Shown here piece after piece: positions 36,434 to 49,544 of a stretch of 64,000 nucleotides of DNA (position 1 is the first letter of the stretch; each line of letters starts with the position of its first letter). Location of the stretch: the NCBI RefSeq assembly GCF_006345805.1, contig NC_043003.1, positions 78,802,001 through 78,866,000 of the forward strand, written 5' to 3'. Both the position numbers and the translations under genes were made by a program. The stretch is from Octopus sinensis (taxonomy: Eukaryota). The notes beneath the pieces are model-generated. The model had not been told where the DNA came from and did no database searches. It saw only the letters and a program-made list of their open reading frames with translations.

Positions 36434-37553
36434 ATAGAACCTCACAGAATGAGTGCCCCATTGTACGAGTAATTTGCTGTACGAGCCGAGACCCGTGCGA
36501 ATTTTTGTCTCGAAGTACGAGCGGAAATCTACAATACGAGCGAGTTTCCTACAAGCCACCGCTAGTCGGCGCTGAGCTTGCGTACGCTCTCCCAATAGGT
36601 GCGGTCTCTGCTGGCTCAGTTCACGTGTTTATCTCGTTGTGGTACCATCCCTGTTGTGTCTTTTTCCCAGTGATTTTGCTTAGTTTTGTGCATTTTTTGC
36701 TATCATTTTATACTAATTAGTTGTGCTGTGGAGGCGCAATGGCCCAGTGGTTAGGGCAGCGGACTCGCGGTCATAGGATCGCGGTTTCGATTCCCAGACC
36801 GGGCGTTGTGAGTGTTTATTGAGCGAAAACACCTAAAGCTCCACGAGGCTCCGGCAGAGGGGATGGTGGTGATCCCTGCTGTACTCTTTCACCACAACTT
36901 TCTCTCACTCTTACTTCCTGTTTCTGTTGTACCTGTATTTCAAAGGGCCGGCCTTGTCACTCTCTGTGTCACGCTGAATATCCCCGAGAACTACGTCAAG
37001 GGTACACGTGTCTGTGGAGTGCTCAGCCACTTACACGTTAATTTCACGAGCAGGCTGTTCCGTTGATTCGGATCAACCGGAACCCTCGTCGTCGTAACCG
37101 ACGGAGTGCTAGCCATGGGTCCTAAGAAGGTTAGTGCAAAAGATAGTGCTGAGAAGAAGAAAAAACTGATTGCGATAGAATTGAAGAAGGAAATCATTGA
37201 TAAACATGAGAGAGGAATGCGCGTAGTGGACATAGCACGTCAATACAACCGAAGCACATCGACGATTTGCATCATCCTGAAGAAAAAGGACAAGATCAAG
37301 GACGTTACAACACATCCCTGGCTCTCTATGCAACGCACATCTGTCCACGAAAACATGGAAATTTTGCTTCTCCTGTAGATCAACGAGAAACAATTCACAG
37401 GGGATATGATTACGGAGACCAGCATTTGTGAGAAAGTACGAGCGCTCTATGGGGGATCGCCTGAAGCAGAACACTGGAACATCGACGGAGGAGACATTAG
37501 CAGACACATTTAAGGCCAGTCACAGCTGGTCTGGTAACTTCAAGAAGAGAACT
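36434..37553 (+). mobile_element. Tigger/pogo transposon relic (CENP-B-type HTH transposase N-terminus) with nested SINE C
   Basis: ATG at 37115: MGPKKVSAKDSAEKKKKLIAIELKKEIIDKHERGMRVVDIARQYNRSTSTICIILKKK (HTH-psq type), later FKASHSWSGNFKKR; stop at 37376-78. Confidence 0.85.
36728..37110 (+). mobile_element. SINE family C, young
   Basis: Near-identical to 19290-19674; gtgct on both sides. Confidence 0.93.
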
Positions 37554-37599
37554 ATATATATATATAATATATATATATATATATAATTTATTTTTTGTA

Positions 37600-37985
37600 T
37601 TATTTGTTTCAGTCATTATACTGCGGCCATGTTGGGGCACTGCCTTGAAGAACTTTTTTACTCGAATGAGCCGACTTATTTTTGTTAAGCCTGATATTTA
37701 TTCTATCAACCTCGTTTGCCGAACCGCTAGGTTACGGGGACGTAAACACACCAATGCTGGTTGTCAAGCAGTATTGGGGGACAAACATAGACATAAAGAC
37801 ACACACGCACACACATATATACATACATATATACATACATACATATATATATATATATAAACATTTATATATACATGCGGTTCGACAAAAGTTAACTACT
37901 AGGGTCAGTTGTTCGACTAAACCCTACAAGGCGGTTCCCCAAAATGGCAGCAAGTCAATGACTGAAGCAAGTAAAGATAAATAAT
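37600..37985. mobile_element. Two SINE A 3' fragments in opposite orientation around a microsatellite
   Basis: tttgtttcagtcatt..ctgcggccatg (minus) and gtcaatgactgaagcaagtaaaag (plus). Confidence 0.65.
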
Positions 37986-38092
37986 AAAAGATCACGAAAG
38001 ATATGTAACTTGCTTCTGTATAGTACAGCATGGAAGTGTGTTTGCTGGACCGTTGTAAATACAGAACATTTAGAAGAAACCATTTAGTCGCC

Positions 38093-38277
38093 ATGATTGA
38101 TCGCTAAATTCACAAGTTTTTTTTTCTCTCTCTGTTTATTTCCTCTTGTTCCTTTCTGTTGAAAAGCGTTGGCTCGAAGCATAAAAATACTTTCTCACTT
38201 TCCCGAGCGTCAAACTAATACACCTGCTTGTTGTTTATACACCTGTCTTCGTCTTTTGTTTTTCTGTAAATTTCAGC
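38093..38277 (+). mobile_element. Family F copy
   Basis: atgattgatcgctaaattcacaag..cctttctgttgaaaagcgttggctcgaagc..cctgtcttcgtcttttg. Confidence 0.75.
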
Positions 38278-38312
38278 TATTTAGAAGAAACATACGATCT
38301 GATATTCTAGAG

Positions 38313-38604
38313 AAGGGGTTTCTCAACCATTTCTTATCTATGGACCTTTTAATTACTATTTTATCCTGGCAGAACCCCATAGAATTTTGAGGGCTCCTGA
38401 AAAAATTTTGCTTTAGAGGTATGTGTTGGTGTGTATTGCAAGAAATAGGAAGGTTTCTTTCTCTAACATTTTACATAGTTTAACTCACACAAGTTAATGT
38501 TTAAATAACAAAATAGGAATTTTGGAAGAAGTTCCTATAAACCTAGTTTTAAAACATCAAATGACTAGTGGGGTCCGTCAGTAAAAAATGGTTGAGAACC
38601 TCTG
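38313..38604. mobile_element. hAT (Charlie-like) MITE
   Basis: Imperfect TIRs aggggtttctcaaccattt and aaatggttgagaacctctg; left flank ttctagag. Confidence 0.65.
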
Positions 38605-38699
38605 TACTGAAAATTTGTTGGTTCCCCAGTATGTCAGCATTCCAATGACTGAAGCAAGTACAAGCCATGTTATGTAGAGAGTAAAAACCCTCTTCAGAC

Positions 38700-39000
38700 A
38701 TGAAGGGCCATGGGATTACACCTAGAAAGTTACCCCCCAAACACGAGGCCGAGCAAGACCAGTAGTCGCCCATGCATACCAGCCCCGCCTCTCTAAGGGA
38801 TATTATCTAAGGGATAGGTAAAGGCTGATACAGCTTGGCACCAGTGATGTCGCAACTCATTTCTACAGCTGAGTGAACAGGAGCCCCGTGAAATAAAGTG
38901 TCTTGGTCATGAATGCAACGCACAGCCCGGTTCAAGAATCGAACTCACTACCTCATAATTGTGAGTCCGACGCTCTAACCATTGAGCCATGCGCTTTCAC
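38700..39000 (-). mobile_element. SINE family D
   Basis: Reverse complement of D, from tail (ccatgggatt.cacctagaaagttacc) to head (gagccatgcgctttcac). Confidence 0.85.
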
Positions 39001-39189
39001 GTTACTTATAAATAATATATTATTTAAGATTTCTTTTCTTTATCAGTCGTAACCGAGCTGTCAGCAAAATTCAGGTGAGCCAATAAATAGGAAGACGTAA
39101 ACAGAACTGTCATGCTCTAACTTTAAGTGATTGAAGACTTTGATTTTGTTTAAGATAAAACAATAAATCATACATTAAAATATCTTTCA

Positions 39190-39398
39190 TCTTTTACTTG
39201 TTTCACTCATTAGACTGCGGCCATGCAGCGGGCATCGCTTTGAATTTTTAGCCGAATGAATCGACCCAAGTACATTTTTTTTTTATAAAGCGTTGAACTT
39301 ACTCTATCGAACTCTTATGCCGAACCGCTATGTTACAGTGATGTAAACACACCAACACTGGTTGTCAAGCGGTGCCGAGGAACAACACAGACGCAAAG

Positions 39399-39400
<2 letters not shown>
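39190..39400 (-). mobile_element. SINE family A, 3' fragment
   Basis: ttttacttgtttcactcattagactgcggccatg..ccgaaccgcta. Confidence 0.75.
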
Positions 39401-39445
<45 letters not shown>

Positions 39446-39449
39446 TATA

Positions 39450-39560
39450 GGAGGGGTGCTGAAAAGTTCCTGGCTTTGGGTAAAAGAAAATACAGGTGGA
39501 TCAATTAATTATGATTTTATTTAACATAATCCCCTCTCAGACTCGCATGCTTATTGCACA
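39450..39560. mobile_element. Mariner-like terminal fragment
   Basis: gaggggtgctgaaaagttcctggcttt resembles a mariner TIR. Confidence 0.45.
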
Positions 39561-39589
39561 TGCTTATTTATTCACATTGCTCTGAATTA

Positions 39590-39751
39590 ATCCGGCATTA
39601 TCTCACAGATTCAAGAATTCTATGATGTGATTCTTTATTTCTTAGAATGACATTGTAGGGTAGGTGTGAGACACCGGATCTGGCTGGCTTGAACTTAAAG
39701 CGGGCAGAATATTTTCGCCGGATATTGCCAATTTAAATGCTAAAGGGTTAA
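39590..39751 (-). mobile_element. piggyBac-like MITE fragment
   Basis: Ends atgctaaagggTTAA; same family as 52939-53155. Confidence 0.65.
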
Positions 39752-41867
39752 ACAACGCGTCCTTCTTGCTTTAAAAGCATTCAAGTGTGATTTGCGGGGA
39801 ATTCAGCTATTACTTCTAGCAACTTGTAAAGGTGCTCTCGAGACCAAGGGAGGGAACTCAGAACTATATGTTTAATAATTTCAATGCAGTGTTCTACAGC
39901 TTCCGCCAAAATATTGGTGAAGCTTTTCTTTCAACTTGCCTTTTTCTATTTTGTTGTGTTTTTTCAGAAGTGTTTTCTAGTGATGCTATGTTCAGTATGT
40001 GTCTGCAAGGTTGTGGATGATAATGTCATGACCTCTTCACATGTCGGCTAGTTTGCTTAGGATTAGGATGTGTGCGCAGTGCAATCCTCTTGGCGCCAAA
40101 TAGGGTCTCGGTAGACAACATAATTGGGAAATAATGTATAACTATTGGACGGAAGGGTGGGAACAACTGAGAAAGAGAGAGTGGGGATGGAGAGAGGGAT
40201 AGAGAGACTGACAGACAGACAAAGGGAGAGAGAGAAAAAAGAGACAGACGAATAAATAAAGAGAGAGAGAGAGAGAGACTGACAGACGGATAGAGAAAGG
40301 GACAGGATGGGAGGGAGAGAGAAAGAGAGACGGACAAATAGAAAAAGAGAGAAAGAGGTGACAGATAAACAGAGAGAGAGAGAGAGAGAGTGAGTGAGAG
40401 AAAGAGAGAGAGAAAGTGAGAGAAAGAAAGTGAGGAAGAGAGAGAGAGAGAAAGAGAAAGAAATGGGGTTGCAATGTGCATAGGCGAATAAATATAATGA
40501 AAAGACAAAAGTGTGGTGCTAAGACAGGAAGACTAATGTATACACAGTGATAAGTCGACAGAAAGAGGAATGATAAATGATTGTGTGAAAAGTTAGGGAG
40601 AGGAAGGAGAGAGGAGAGATGTGATGTATATAAAGGTTATAGTAGAGTAGAATGCCCGAGAGAGAGGAAGAGCAAGAGAGAGAGAGGAAGAGCAAGAGAG
40701 AGAGAGGAAGAGCAAGAGAGAGAGAGAGGTACAAATGTTGGGGCGGGATTAACTGAAAGAAAGACAAACACCATTATAAAAGTGAATGAAACAGAAATTG
40801 TCATATTACCGGAGACTGTGCTTTGGGATTCGTTTGAGCCATATTTCTTGCGAATAATGCCTGTTGAATCCACATGGATCATTTACATTTTGAAATGAGA
40901 TTTTGGAGTATAAAATTAGTGTGATTATTTATTTAATTTATTTTATTTTATTTTATTTAAACGTCCGTTTAAAACCAGTAAATCTCAACAGACCGAGTAA
41001 GGTGCGCGCGTGTGTGTGCGCGTGTGTGTGTGCGTGTGTATGAAACATAAAATAAGGATAAAGACATACGGACAGCACTGCAACAAAATTCGTATTTTCT
41101 TTTATTGTTAGTCAGTAAGTGTTAATTCCTATTTGCTTCTGTCTAGAAATCAAAGGAAATGACAACTGTTCCCTTAAAACTATTCTTCTGTGACCTGGAC
41201 AGTAATGCTCTGAAACTGACCTGTTGTCCATTACATTTCACACAGATTCGGCGCTGTGTTGCTGAAGCAGAAATATCGTTATAGCAAAAATTCTGCTCAA
41301 TACCACAGATTTGCTTGTCAGTTGCTTGATCATAACTAGTTGAGCATGTCCTTTAGTGGCTGACAATATGTGCATCTATGATCATGAGCAAGAGTAGTGG
41401 TGGTGGTGGTGGTGGGGGGGCATTATCGCCATGTGTTGAGGAGGATTCTTTGGGGTTTGAATAAATGTAACAAAAGCAAAGTTTGAAGGAAATATTAGCT
41501 ATTTTCCATACTTTCTATGGGTAAGCAAATAGGAAATAACAGTCGCTAGCCAAGGACAAGTATCGTGTTACACAGTGTAATTAAACGTTTCTGTAAATTA
41601 TTTTTGTAGCCTTCATGTTCCTCCACTACTTCTGCTCATTTCAGGAGGATCTTAGTCATGGTAGGTGCATCTCTGAAAATGAATGTACGTCAGCCGTGGT
41701 AGCGTTTTAAAGACCATTTAAAGGTTTTTAATATGCTGTCTGTGAAATGATACTGGCCACATTTAGCGGAAGTCATTCATATTCACTGAACTTTGAGTTG
41801 TTTACTCATTGTCTCACAAGGTGATGTTCGAGACAGCAAGAGCGACAAGCAAATGATTAGTGAGAGA

Positions 41868-42130
41868 GAAGAGCAATGGACAAAATTTGCATCGTGGTGT
41901 TATCGAGTACTAGGTTAAGGGTTTAGCCCCCAAGAACATTCGTGCTGACATGTTTCCTACATTAGAGGATGACACTTCAGACTCGTCAATTGTTCAAAAG
42001 TGGGCGGCTGAATTTAGGAGGTAAAAGGAGAATCTTCAGGCTGACCAAAGGCTAGAAGTCCTGCAACTGCCGCCACCGAGGGAAACATTGATCATGTTCA
42101 CCACATGGTGATGGATGACAGAAGATTGAG
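41868..42130 (+). pseudogene. Mariner transposase N-terminal relic
   Basis: MDK..HRGVIEY..GLAPKNIRADM..IVQKWAAEFRR..NIDHVHHMVMDDRRL. Confidence 0.75.
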
Positions 42131-42134
42131 GAGT

Positions 42135-42580
42135 CGCTACAAGTTACTTTTGAAATCTTCTCTAAACAATCAGATGTCAGTTTACTTGGAAAGAAACAAC
42201 GCAGTTATTAATAAGAACGGTTGAATTTAATACATGCAAGATTACACAGCACTAGCGTCATTCCTTCATAGTCACCCTAAGAACTTTTCAGTCGACCTTC
42301 GATTCCTGACTTTAAATCTCATGTAATATCTTGGAAGTATGGTACGTTAGATTAGACGTAATCGTTACTCTTAAAGCAAACTCCTTAAAATGCCTATGAA
42401 ATCGTTTCTAAATCTGTTTCTGGTGTAGTCATGCATATTGTGAAAGATTACCAAGCCGTCATCTCTGTACAGTTCGGAGCTATTGGATGATTCGCTGTCA
42501 AAGAGAGGAAAAGATAAGCACTCTCACACGATCGATTTCCTCACCTCCCCCATGGAGATGTCGAACAAAAGCCAGTATTT
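42135..42580 (-). pseudogene. PLE RT relic of the same type as 30660-32960
   Basis: FDISMG, ELYRDDGLVIF, LRVTITSNL, FQDIT.DLKSG. Confidence 0.7.
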
Positions 42581-42924
42581 ATGTTGCAAATCGCATATCT
42601 TAGCACTGCTCTGTGTGTGTGTTGTATGTGACTTGTGTGCATGTATATGTATGTGTTCATATATACAAACCTATATCTACATGTATACATATCTTCATAC
42701 ATAGATATACGTGTATATGTTTTTGAACGTATTTGAAATACAGTCAATCATCATGCAACATTTCTATTTTCTTTATCGCTTATTACAGAGATGACAAGAA
42801 ACCTAATTGCGTTTGTCTGAATCTTTTTTTTTTTTCAAAGGACCTGCAGAAAACTACACAGGAAATTCAATAAATCAATGTTGCGACGGTTGCTGATATA
42901 GAAAAAAGGAGTTTTAAATAGATA

Positions 42925-42930
42925 AATAAC

Positions 42931-43015
<85 letters not shown>
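42925..43015. repeat. (AGAT)n microsatellite
   Basis: Direct inspection. Confidence 0.95.
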
Positions 43016-43016
<1 letters not shown>

Positions 43017-43511
43017 GTCAACGATTTATCTGGTGGCTATTGCTATTTGTTAGATATTATTTTATATCCCTGTCCATACAGAGCCCACATCCTGCCAAGG
43101 TCGAATTTGACTTTCATCCCTCTAAGATCAATAAATAAACATCACGCATTGTGGGTTTATGCAAATGTAAGAAGTGTATGCTTCTTCTGTTTTTTTTGTG
43201 TGTGTTTATCACTTCATTATTATATGTAAACCCCCTCAAAATTATCCCGCCCCCTCCTCAAAATTATCTTAAGCATTGATTAGAAATTATTATTGCCTTC
43301 AAGTTTTAACACAATACCAGTCGACCTCAGAACGTCAAGACGGACGAAAGGCTACTAATAATTTTGCTCAACATGCTAACGGTTTTGCAAGCTGGCCGCC
43401 TTAATCATTTTTACCACTTCTAGTAGTAGTAGTAGTCGTAGTCGTAGTAGTCGTAGTAGTAGCAGTAGTATTAGTAGTAGCAGCAGCAGCAGTAGTAATA
43501 GTAGTAGTAGT

Positions 43512-43555
<44 letters not shown>

Positions 43556-45312
43556 TAGTAGTAGTAGTTTCTGCTGTTGTTAGCTACTGATTATCTGTAA
43601 TTGAACAAAATTACGATGCAAGATATTCCAGCCGTGCCAGTCCACTCTTATTCAGGCATATTGTTTTTTTACGCACGTTAAGGAAAATTTACATATATCT
43701 GCAAAAGTGGGAGATATAGAGTGCCCTGACTGTCGTGAGGGAGGCGTTATGCTCTCTTGACTGAGGGGCAAAGTTTATAAGAAACGTATACGTGAGGTTT
43801 ATGACTGACGGTGAGGAAAGGAGGCGGGCAGGACTCGTGTGTTACATGGTTGACTACAGAGAGATATTTACCATAACGTGGACCTTTGGCTTACTAGTCA
43901 CCTTTGAGACATGGTACAAACTGGCAAGCTGGTCCGTTGGTTGGTTGGCTGGTTGAATGAATGAAAGGTTGCCTGGAGTGAATGGATGGATGAGTGATGG
44001 GAAGGCTGGTTTGTTGGCTGCTTAGTCGGTTGGTTGGTTAGATGATTGGTTTCCTGGTTGGTTGGTTACACAACTGGCTACTCGTAGTGATAATTGTAAC
44101 AGTGTTGTTGCTGTTGTTGTTGTTGTTGCTGTTGGTAGTGGTGGTGGTGGTGAAGGTCGGGTTTTGGTTGGTTGGTGTTTATGATTGTATTTGTTGTTAT
44201 GGTGGTGATAGTAATTGTTGTAGTGGTGATGGTAGTGATGAGTATGGCGGTGGTGGGATGGTGGCGGCGGTTTACTTTGAGTGTTGTTGGTAGAGATGGT
44301 GTTAGTGGCATTGATAGTGATGGTGTTGGATGGTGATGGTGTTGGATGGTGGTGGTGTTGGTTGTGGTTGCAGCCTTGGTGATGTTGATATTGGTATTTG
44401 TGATTGTAGTTGTTGCCGTTGTTGTCGTGGTGGTGATAATGGCAGCGAACAGAGAAGAAAATTACAGAAAAAGCAAATAAAGTTGTAGTAGCAGAACATT
44501 TTTTTTAAAAATCTTTTTTTCTTTCATAAAACCGTGACGAAATAAATATAAGAGAAACATAAGAAGGAAAACATACAACTTATTGGCAATAAATATAACA
44601 AACAACACCAAAAAATTGGAAAAACAGATTTGAAAATAAGGAAAACATTTCTAAATTAAATAATAAAAACAGTTGTGAAGACAGCAGACTTCTCGGAGCC
44701 AGCAAAATCTGATTTTTATGAAATCCATTTACAATTTTATTCTTTGGCTTAAAATTACTTGACAATAAGTATAATAATGATGGAAGCAGAATCGATAATA
44801 TGGCGGCTTTCCAAAACAAATCATTGCACTACTTTGCCAAGGTTAAACATTAACTGCTGGTGTATAAAAGAAACTTGTGTATAGTGTAGAAGGATAAACA
44901 TACATTACTTCGAATTTGATTTGGTATAGTGAAATCTACTGTGTAACGTAATATAATGTAGTAATAATATACAATTGGTTTATGAACCAGTGTATCAGTT
45001 TTTTTTTCTTCTTTATTATATATGTCATGTCATTAAACAAGAAAATTCGTATAATGGCAGACGACATTAACACAGGGAAAAATTATAGATATAGATTAGC
45101 AGCTTTTCGGGGTGTTGATTTACCTTCTCTAATTTTGTTGTGAATTTTCACATTACAATAAGAACTGCGATATCAATCGACACCCAACTGCTTTTGTTTT
45201 GGTGATTACTGATATATATATATATATATATATATACGTGTGTATGTGTGAGTGTGCATGCATGCGTGTGTGTGTGAGTGTGTATTTCCTTATATGTGCA
45301 TATGTATATATA

Positions 45313-45344
<32 letters not shown>

Positions 45345-45379
45345 ATGGAGTTAAACGCAGGCGTTATTCAAATTCTTTT

Positions 45380-45468
45380 ACTTTCGACACATGTTTCGAA
45401 GATATCACTGGTATTATTCCAAAGGAATAAAATGGTGTAAAACAATGTAATCTTCTCTTCGGGAAAAT
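45380..45468 (-). ncRNA. Type I hammerhead-like ribozyme fold with GUC triplet and U4C core change
   Basis: AUUUUC-CCGAAGA-GAAGAU..AUCUUC-GAAAC-AUGU-GUC-GAAAGU; helices I (6 bp) and II (6 bp) paired by hand; activity untested. Confidence 0.5.
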
Positions 45469-45899
45469 GAAGAAATGAAACTCGTCAATAAGACATTTTA
45501 ACAGAAAATGATGGATAAGTATAGTGATTAACTGAACGCTATTAAGTTTGTTTAAAAAAAAAACGTTATAGAATATAACGTCAAAGGTAGCCTTTAGAAA
45601 AAGGAGGGATAGAGGAAAGAAAAACTAGATAAATGAGAAGTATATAACTATATGTATATTAAATAAAACCATATAGACTTGGAAAAAGAATCTAGTGAAT
45701 GGAAACGTAAGAAGAAAATTAATGTTTAAATTATATATAATGATAGATATCACTTATATGAACTACAGGTGTGTTTCTGCCAATGTTTACATCGCTATGC
45801 ATGCTCTATAACCATGTTTACAAGGGGATTTTTAGAAAAAAAGAATAAAAATATTTCAGAATTACAGAGAAGACAGAATTCCTTGCCTTTATCATTCAG

Positions 45900-46460
<561 letters not shown>

Positions 46461-46717
46461 AGATATATACATACAGAAATCGACATAGTTATGTATGTAT
46501 GCAATTCACCACGTCATTTGTAATGAGTGCTGTTAATGTTCCTGCTCCGACAGTAGGACTTTATGAATGAACCAAAAGAAAGTAGTTATATCAATTTTAC
46601 AAACACCGTAAGTTGAGTCTTTGATGCATTAATTAACATAAATTAAAATCAACTTGTATTAAATGTTTTATTTTCTAATATTGGCACACGGTCCCCTTTT
46701 TATTTATTTTACTAGTA

Positions 46718-46877
46718 GGCACAGGAGTGACTGTGTGGTAAGGAGCTTGGTTCCCAGTCATATGGTTCTGGTTTGAGTCCCACTGCGTTGCACCTTGGGC
46801 AAGTGTCTTCTACTATAACCTCGGGCCGACCAAAATATTGTGAGTGGATTTAGTAGACGGAAACTGAAAGAAGATCG

Positions 46878-46914
<37 letters not shown>

Positions 46915-47145
46915 TATATGTGCGTGCGCGTGTGAAACCGTGTTTGTTCCAACACCACCGCTTGACAACCGGTGTTGGCGTGTTTACGTCCCCGTAATTT
47001 AGTGTTCTTCAAATGAAACTGATTGAATAAGTTCCAGGCTTAATAGAAAAAAATTGAACTGGAGTCGATTCATTCCACCAAAATTCTTCGAGGCGGTGCC
47101 CCAGCATGGCCGTAGTCTAATGACTGAAACAAGAAAAAGATTGCC
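46718..47145 (+). mobile_element. SINE family A, diverged
   Basis: Colinear with 10029-10455. Confidence 0.82.
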
Positions 47146-47498
47146 AATGGAATTTGAACGCAGAACGCAGAACGTTTAACCGATTATTTACCACTTCGGG
47201 CAGTCTACTTTGGAACCGCTCCAAGATACAAAGTACATTTCACTTCAGTACATTTCGATCGATTTAAACAATGTCTTGTGAGGGAAATAGGGAGTGTGTG
47301 CGTTTGTGTGTGTGTGTGTATGAGAGAGAGAGAGGGAGTGATAGAGGTGAGAGAAAGGTGGAGAATTAGCAGGTTCCTTAGAGCATTGTATAGATTTGTG
47401 GTAGCTGTTCTGCCGCTCTATGACCCTTTGCTCGTAGCTCAAATATCGCGAAGGACAATATTACCTTTCGTTCTTCAGGAATCAATAAATGAAGTGCC

Positions 47499-47732
47499 GT
47501 GGAGGCACATGGCCTAGTGGTTAGAGCAGCGGACTCGCGGTCCTGGAGGGATCGTGGGTTTGAATCTCAGACCGGGTGATGTGTGTGTTTATGAGCGAAA
47601 CACCTAAGCTACACGCGGCTCCGACAGAAGGTAATGGCGAACTTCTGCTGACTCTTTTGCCGCAACTTTCTCTCACTCTTTCCTCCTGTATCTTGCAGCT
47701 CACCTGCGACGGACCGGCGTCCCGTCCATGTG
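47499..47732 (+). mobile_element. SINE with C-like head and V-domain-like segment, broken by an inversion
   Basis: ggaggcacatggcctagtggttag..ctgcgacggaccggcgtcccgtcca; its tail lies reversed at ~48027-48090. Confidence 0.8.
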
Positions 47733-48225
47733 GACTTTAATTCGTTCTATGAAAAATATAGAAACTAGAAAAATAGGGAGAAACAATGAAGAAAAAAACA
47801 AAAAAAAAAAAACATTAAGATAATTTTTCATCTACACCATCTCCGTGAATGGTTCATGTTTGGTACCTCTTTTAGAGAGACTGTGGATATGGCTGCAGTC
47901 ACTTTGTGTGTCAGAAATTTCACTCAAAGAGACACAGAAACAGAAAGATAGACAGAGAGGTGGTCAGTCAGAGGGAGGGGGGACGGAGAGTCGACAACAG
48001 CACAAGACTGGTACTTCATTTGTGGTTTGTTGTTTGTTCCTTCTCGAGCCACGCCTGGCTCATTAGGCCGGTTTCCCGATTTCCTTGGCGTAATGTTTTT
48101 TTTTTTGTTTTTTTCTTCATTGTTTCTCCCTATTTTTCTAGTTTCTATATTTTTCATAGAACGAATTAAAGTCGTACTGCGAGATATCATTGTGTGATAC
48201 ATACATACATACATACATACATACA

Positions 48226-48283
<58 letters not shown>

Positions 48284-48298
48284 TGTATGTATGTATGA

Positions 48299-48550
48299 GT
48301 GGAGGCGCGTGGGTTAGTGGTTAGCATGTCAGCATTATGATCGTATGATCGTGGTTTCGATTCCTGGACCGGGCGACGCGTTGTGTTCTTGAGCAAAACA
48401 CATCATTTCACGTTGCTCCAGTCCACTCAGCTGGCAAAAAAGAGTAACGCTGCGATGGACTGGCGTCCCGTCCAGCTGGGGAACATATACGGCATTGAAA
48501 CCGGGAAACCGGGCCCATGAGCCTGGCTAGGCCTTAAAAGGGCGCAAAAA
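48299..48550 (+). mobile_element. SINE with D-like head, CORE-like and V-like segments
   Basis: gtgttcttgagcaaaacac..tttcacgttgctccagtccactcagctgg..gctgcgatggactggcgtcccgtccag. Confidence 0.82.
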
Positions 48551-49544
48551 AATGTATGTATGTATGTATGTGTATACACGCACACACACATATTGGCTTA
48601 CACTGCGCTACAACACCATTACAAAACACGATGCCATATATCTGCATCGCTGCACCACACAACATTCCTCCATTACTTTACTACATTCCGGCAGAACAGT
48701 ACTACATCACAAACATGCACTACAACACAACACTGCCCTGCCGCACCACATAATCCTACCATCATTTTACTACTTCACACGTCTATACCAACACACATCA
48801 CGATAATATCACTATACCTCCGCAACAACCACTTATTACTATCATGATATAAAACTGCTGTTAATTAAAAACTTTACAGTCGTTATAAGTTAACTTACTG
48901 TCTTTATATTTCTGAAAACTGTTTACATCAGCAACAATGAAAGGAATGTGTTACCTGAAACCTTGATATTAGAAAAATAAAATTAGATATAGAAAACAAG
49001 CAACAATTTTTTGAATTCTTTCCTTAAAACTCAAAGATAAATTACGAAAGATAATGTTCGTAGATGAATTTCTTCACGTCATAGTACAATTGCACCTACT
49101 TTTTTTTTGTGTATAAAATTAAGTTACATTATATAAGATTATTTAATCTTAGATATCAACATATCCCAAGTACATTCTTTAATTCTTCTTTTACTGAATT
49201 GAGGGACAGACAATGCGTTGTGTACATGAGCAAAGCACTTCATTTCACGTTGCTCTCGTCACACAACTGGCAAAAATGAGTAATCTTTCGATTGGTCGAC
49301 ATCCCGTTCAAGCTGGGAGAAAATGCGCCACAGAATCCAGGAAACTGGCTTTTCGAGCCTATGGCTTTGGAAAGTCTCCACTTCTTGGCTGCTATCTTAT
49401 TATATCGGCCCCGAAGGGATGAAAAACAAAATTAGCCTGGCAGGAATTGAACTCACAATGGAAAAGGCCTTAAGAACATTAAGAACATTAGCGAAGTATT
49501 TGTCCGACGCTCTAATCATTTACTAAGTCATCACCATCAAAATA

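Noticed and set aside
35877-36595. Poly-Glu/Lys/Phe ORFs resembling acidic nuclear proteins
   Set aside because: Pure (CTT/CTC)n low complexity with no splice or domain support.
42455-42497. Strong minus-strand acceptor and 43-bp exon-like segment
   Set aside because: It encodes LYRDDGL within a colinear PLE RT relic.
44670-44715. DFAGSEK on the minus strand, resembling the kinesin DLAGSE motif
   Set aside because: Weak acceptor, immediate stop and no other kinesin motifs; a chance match.
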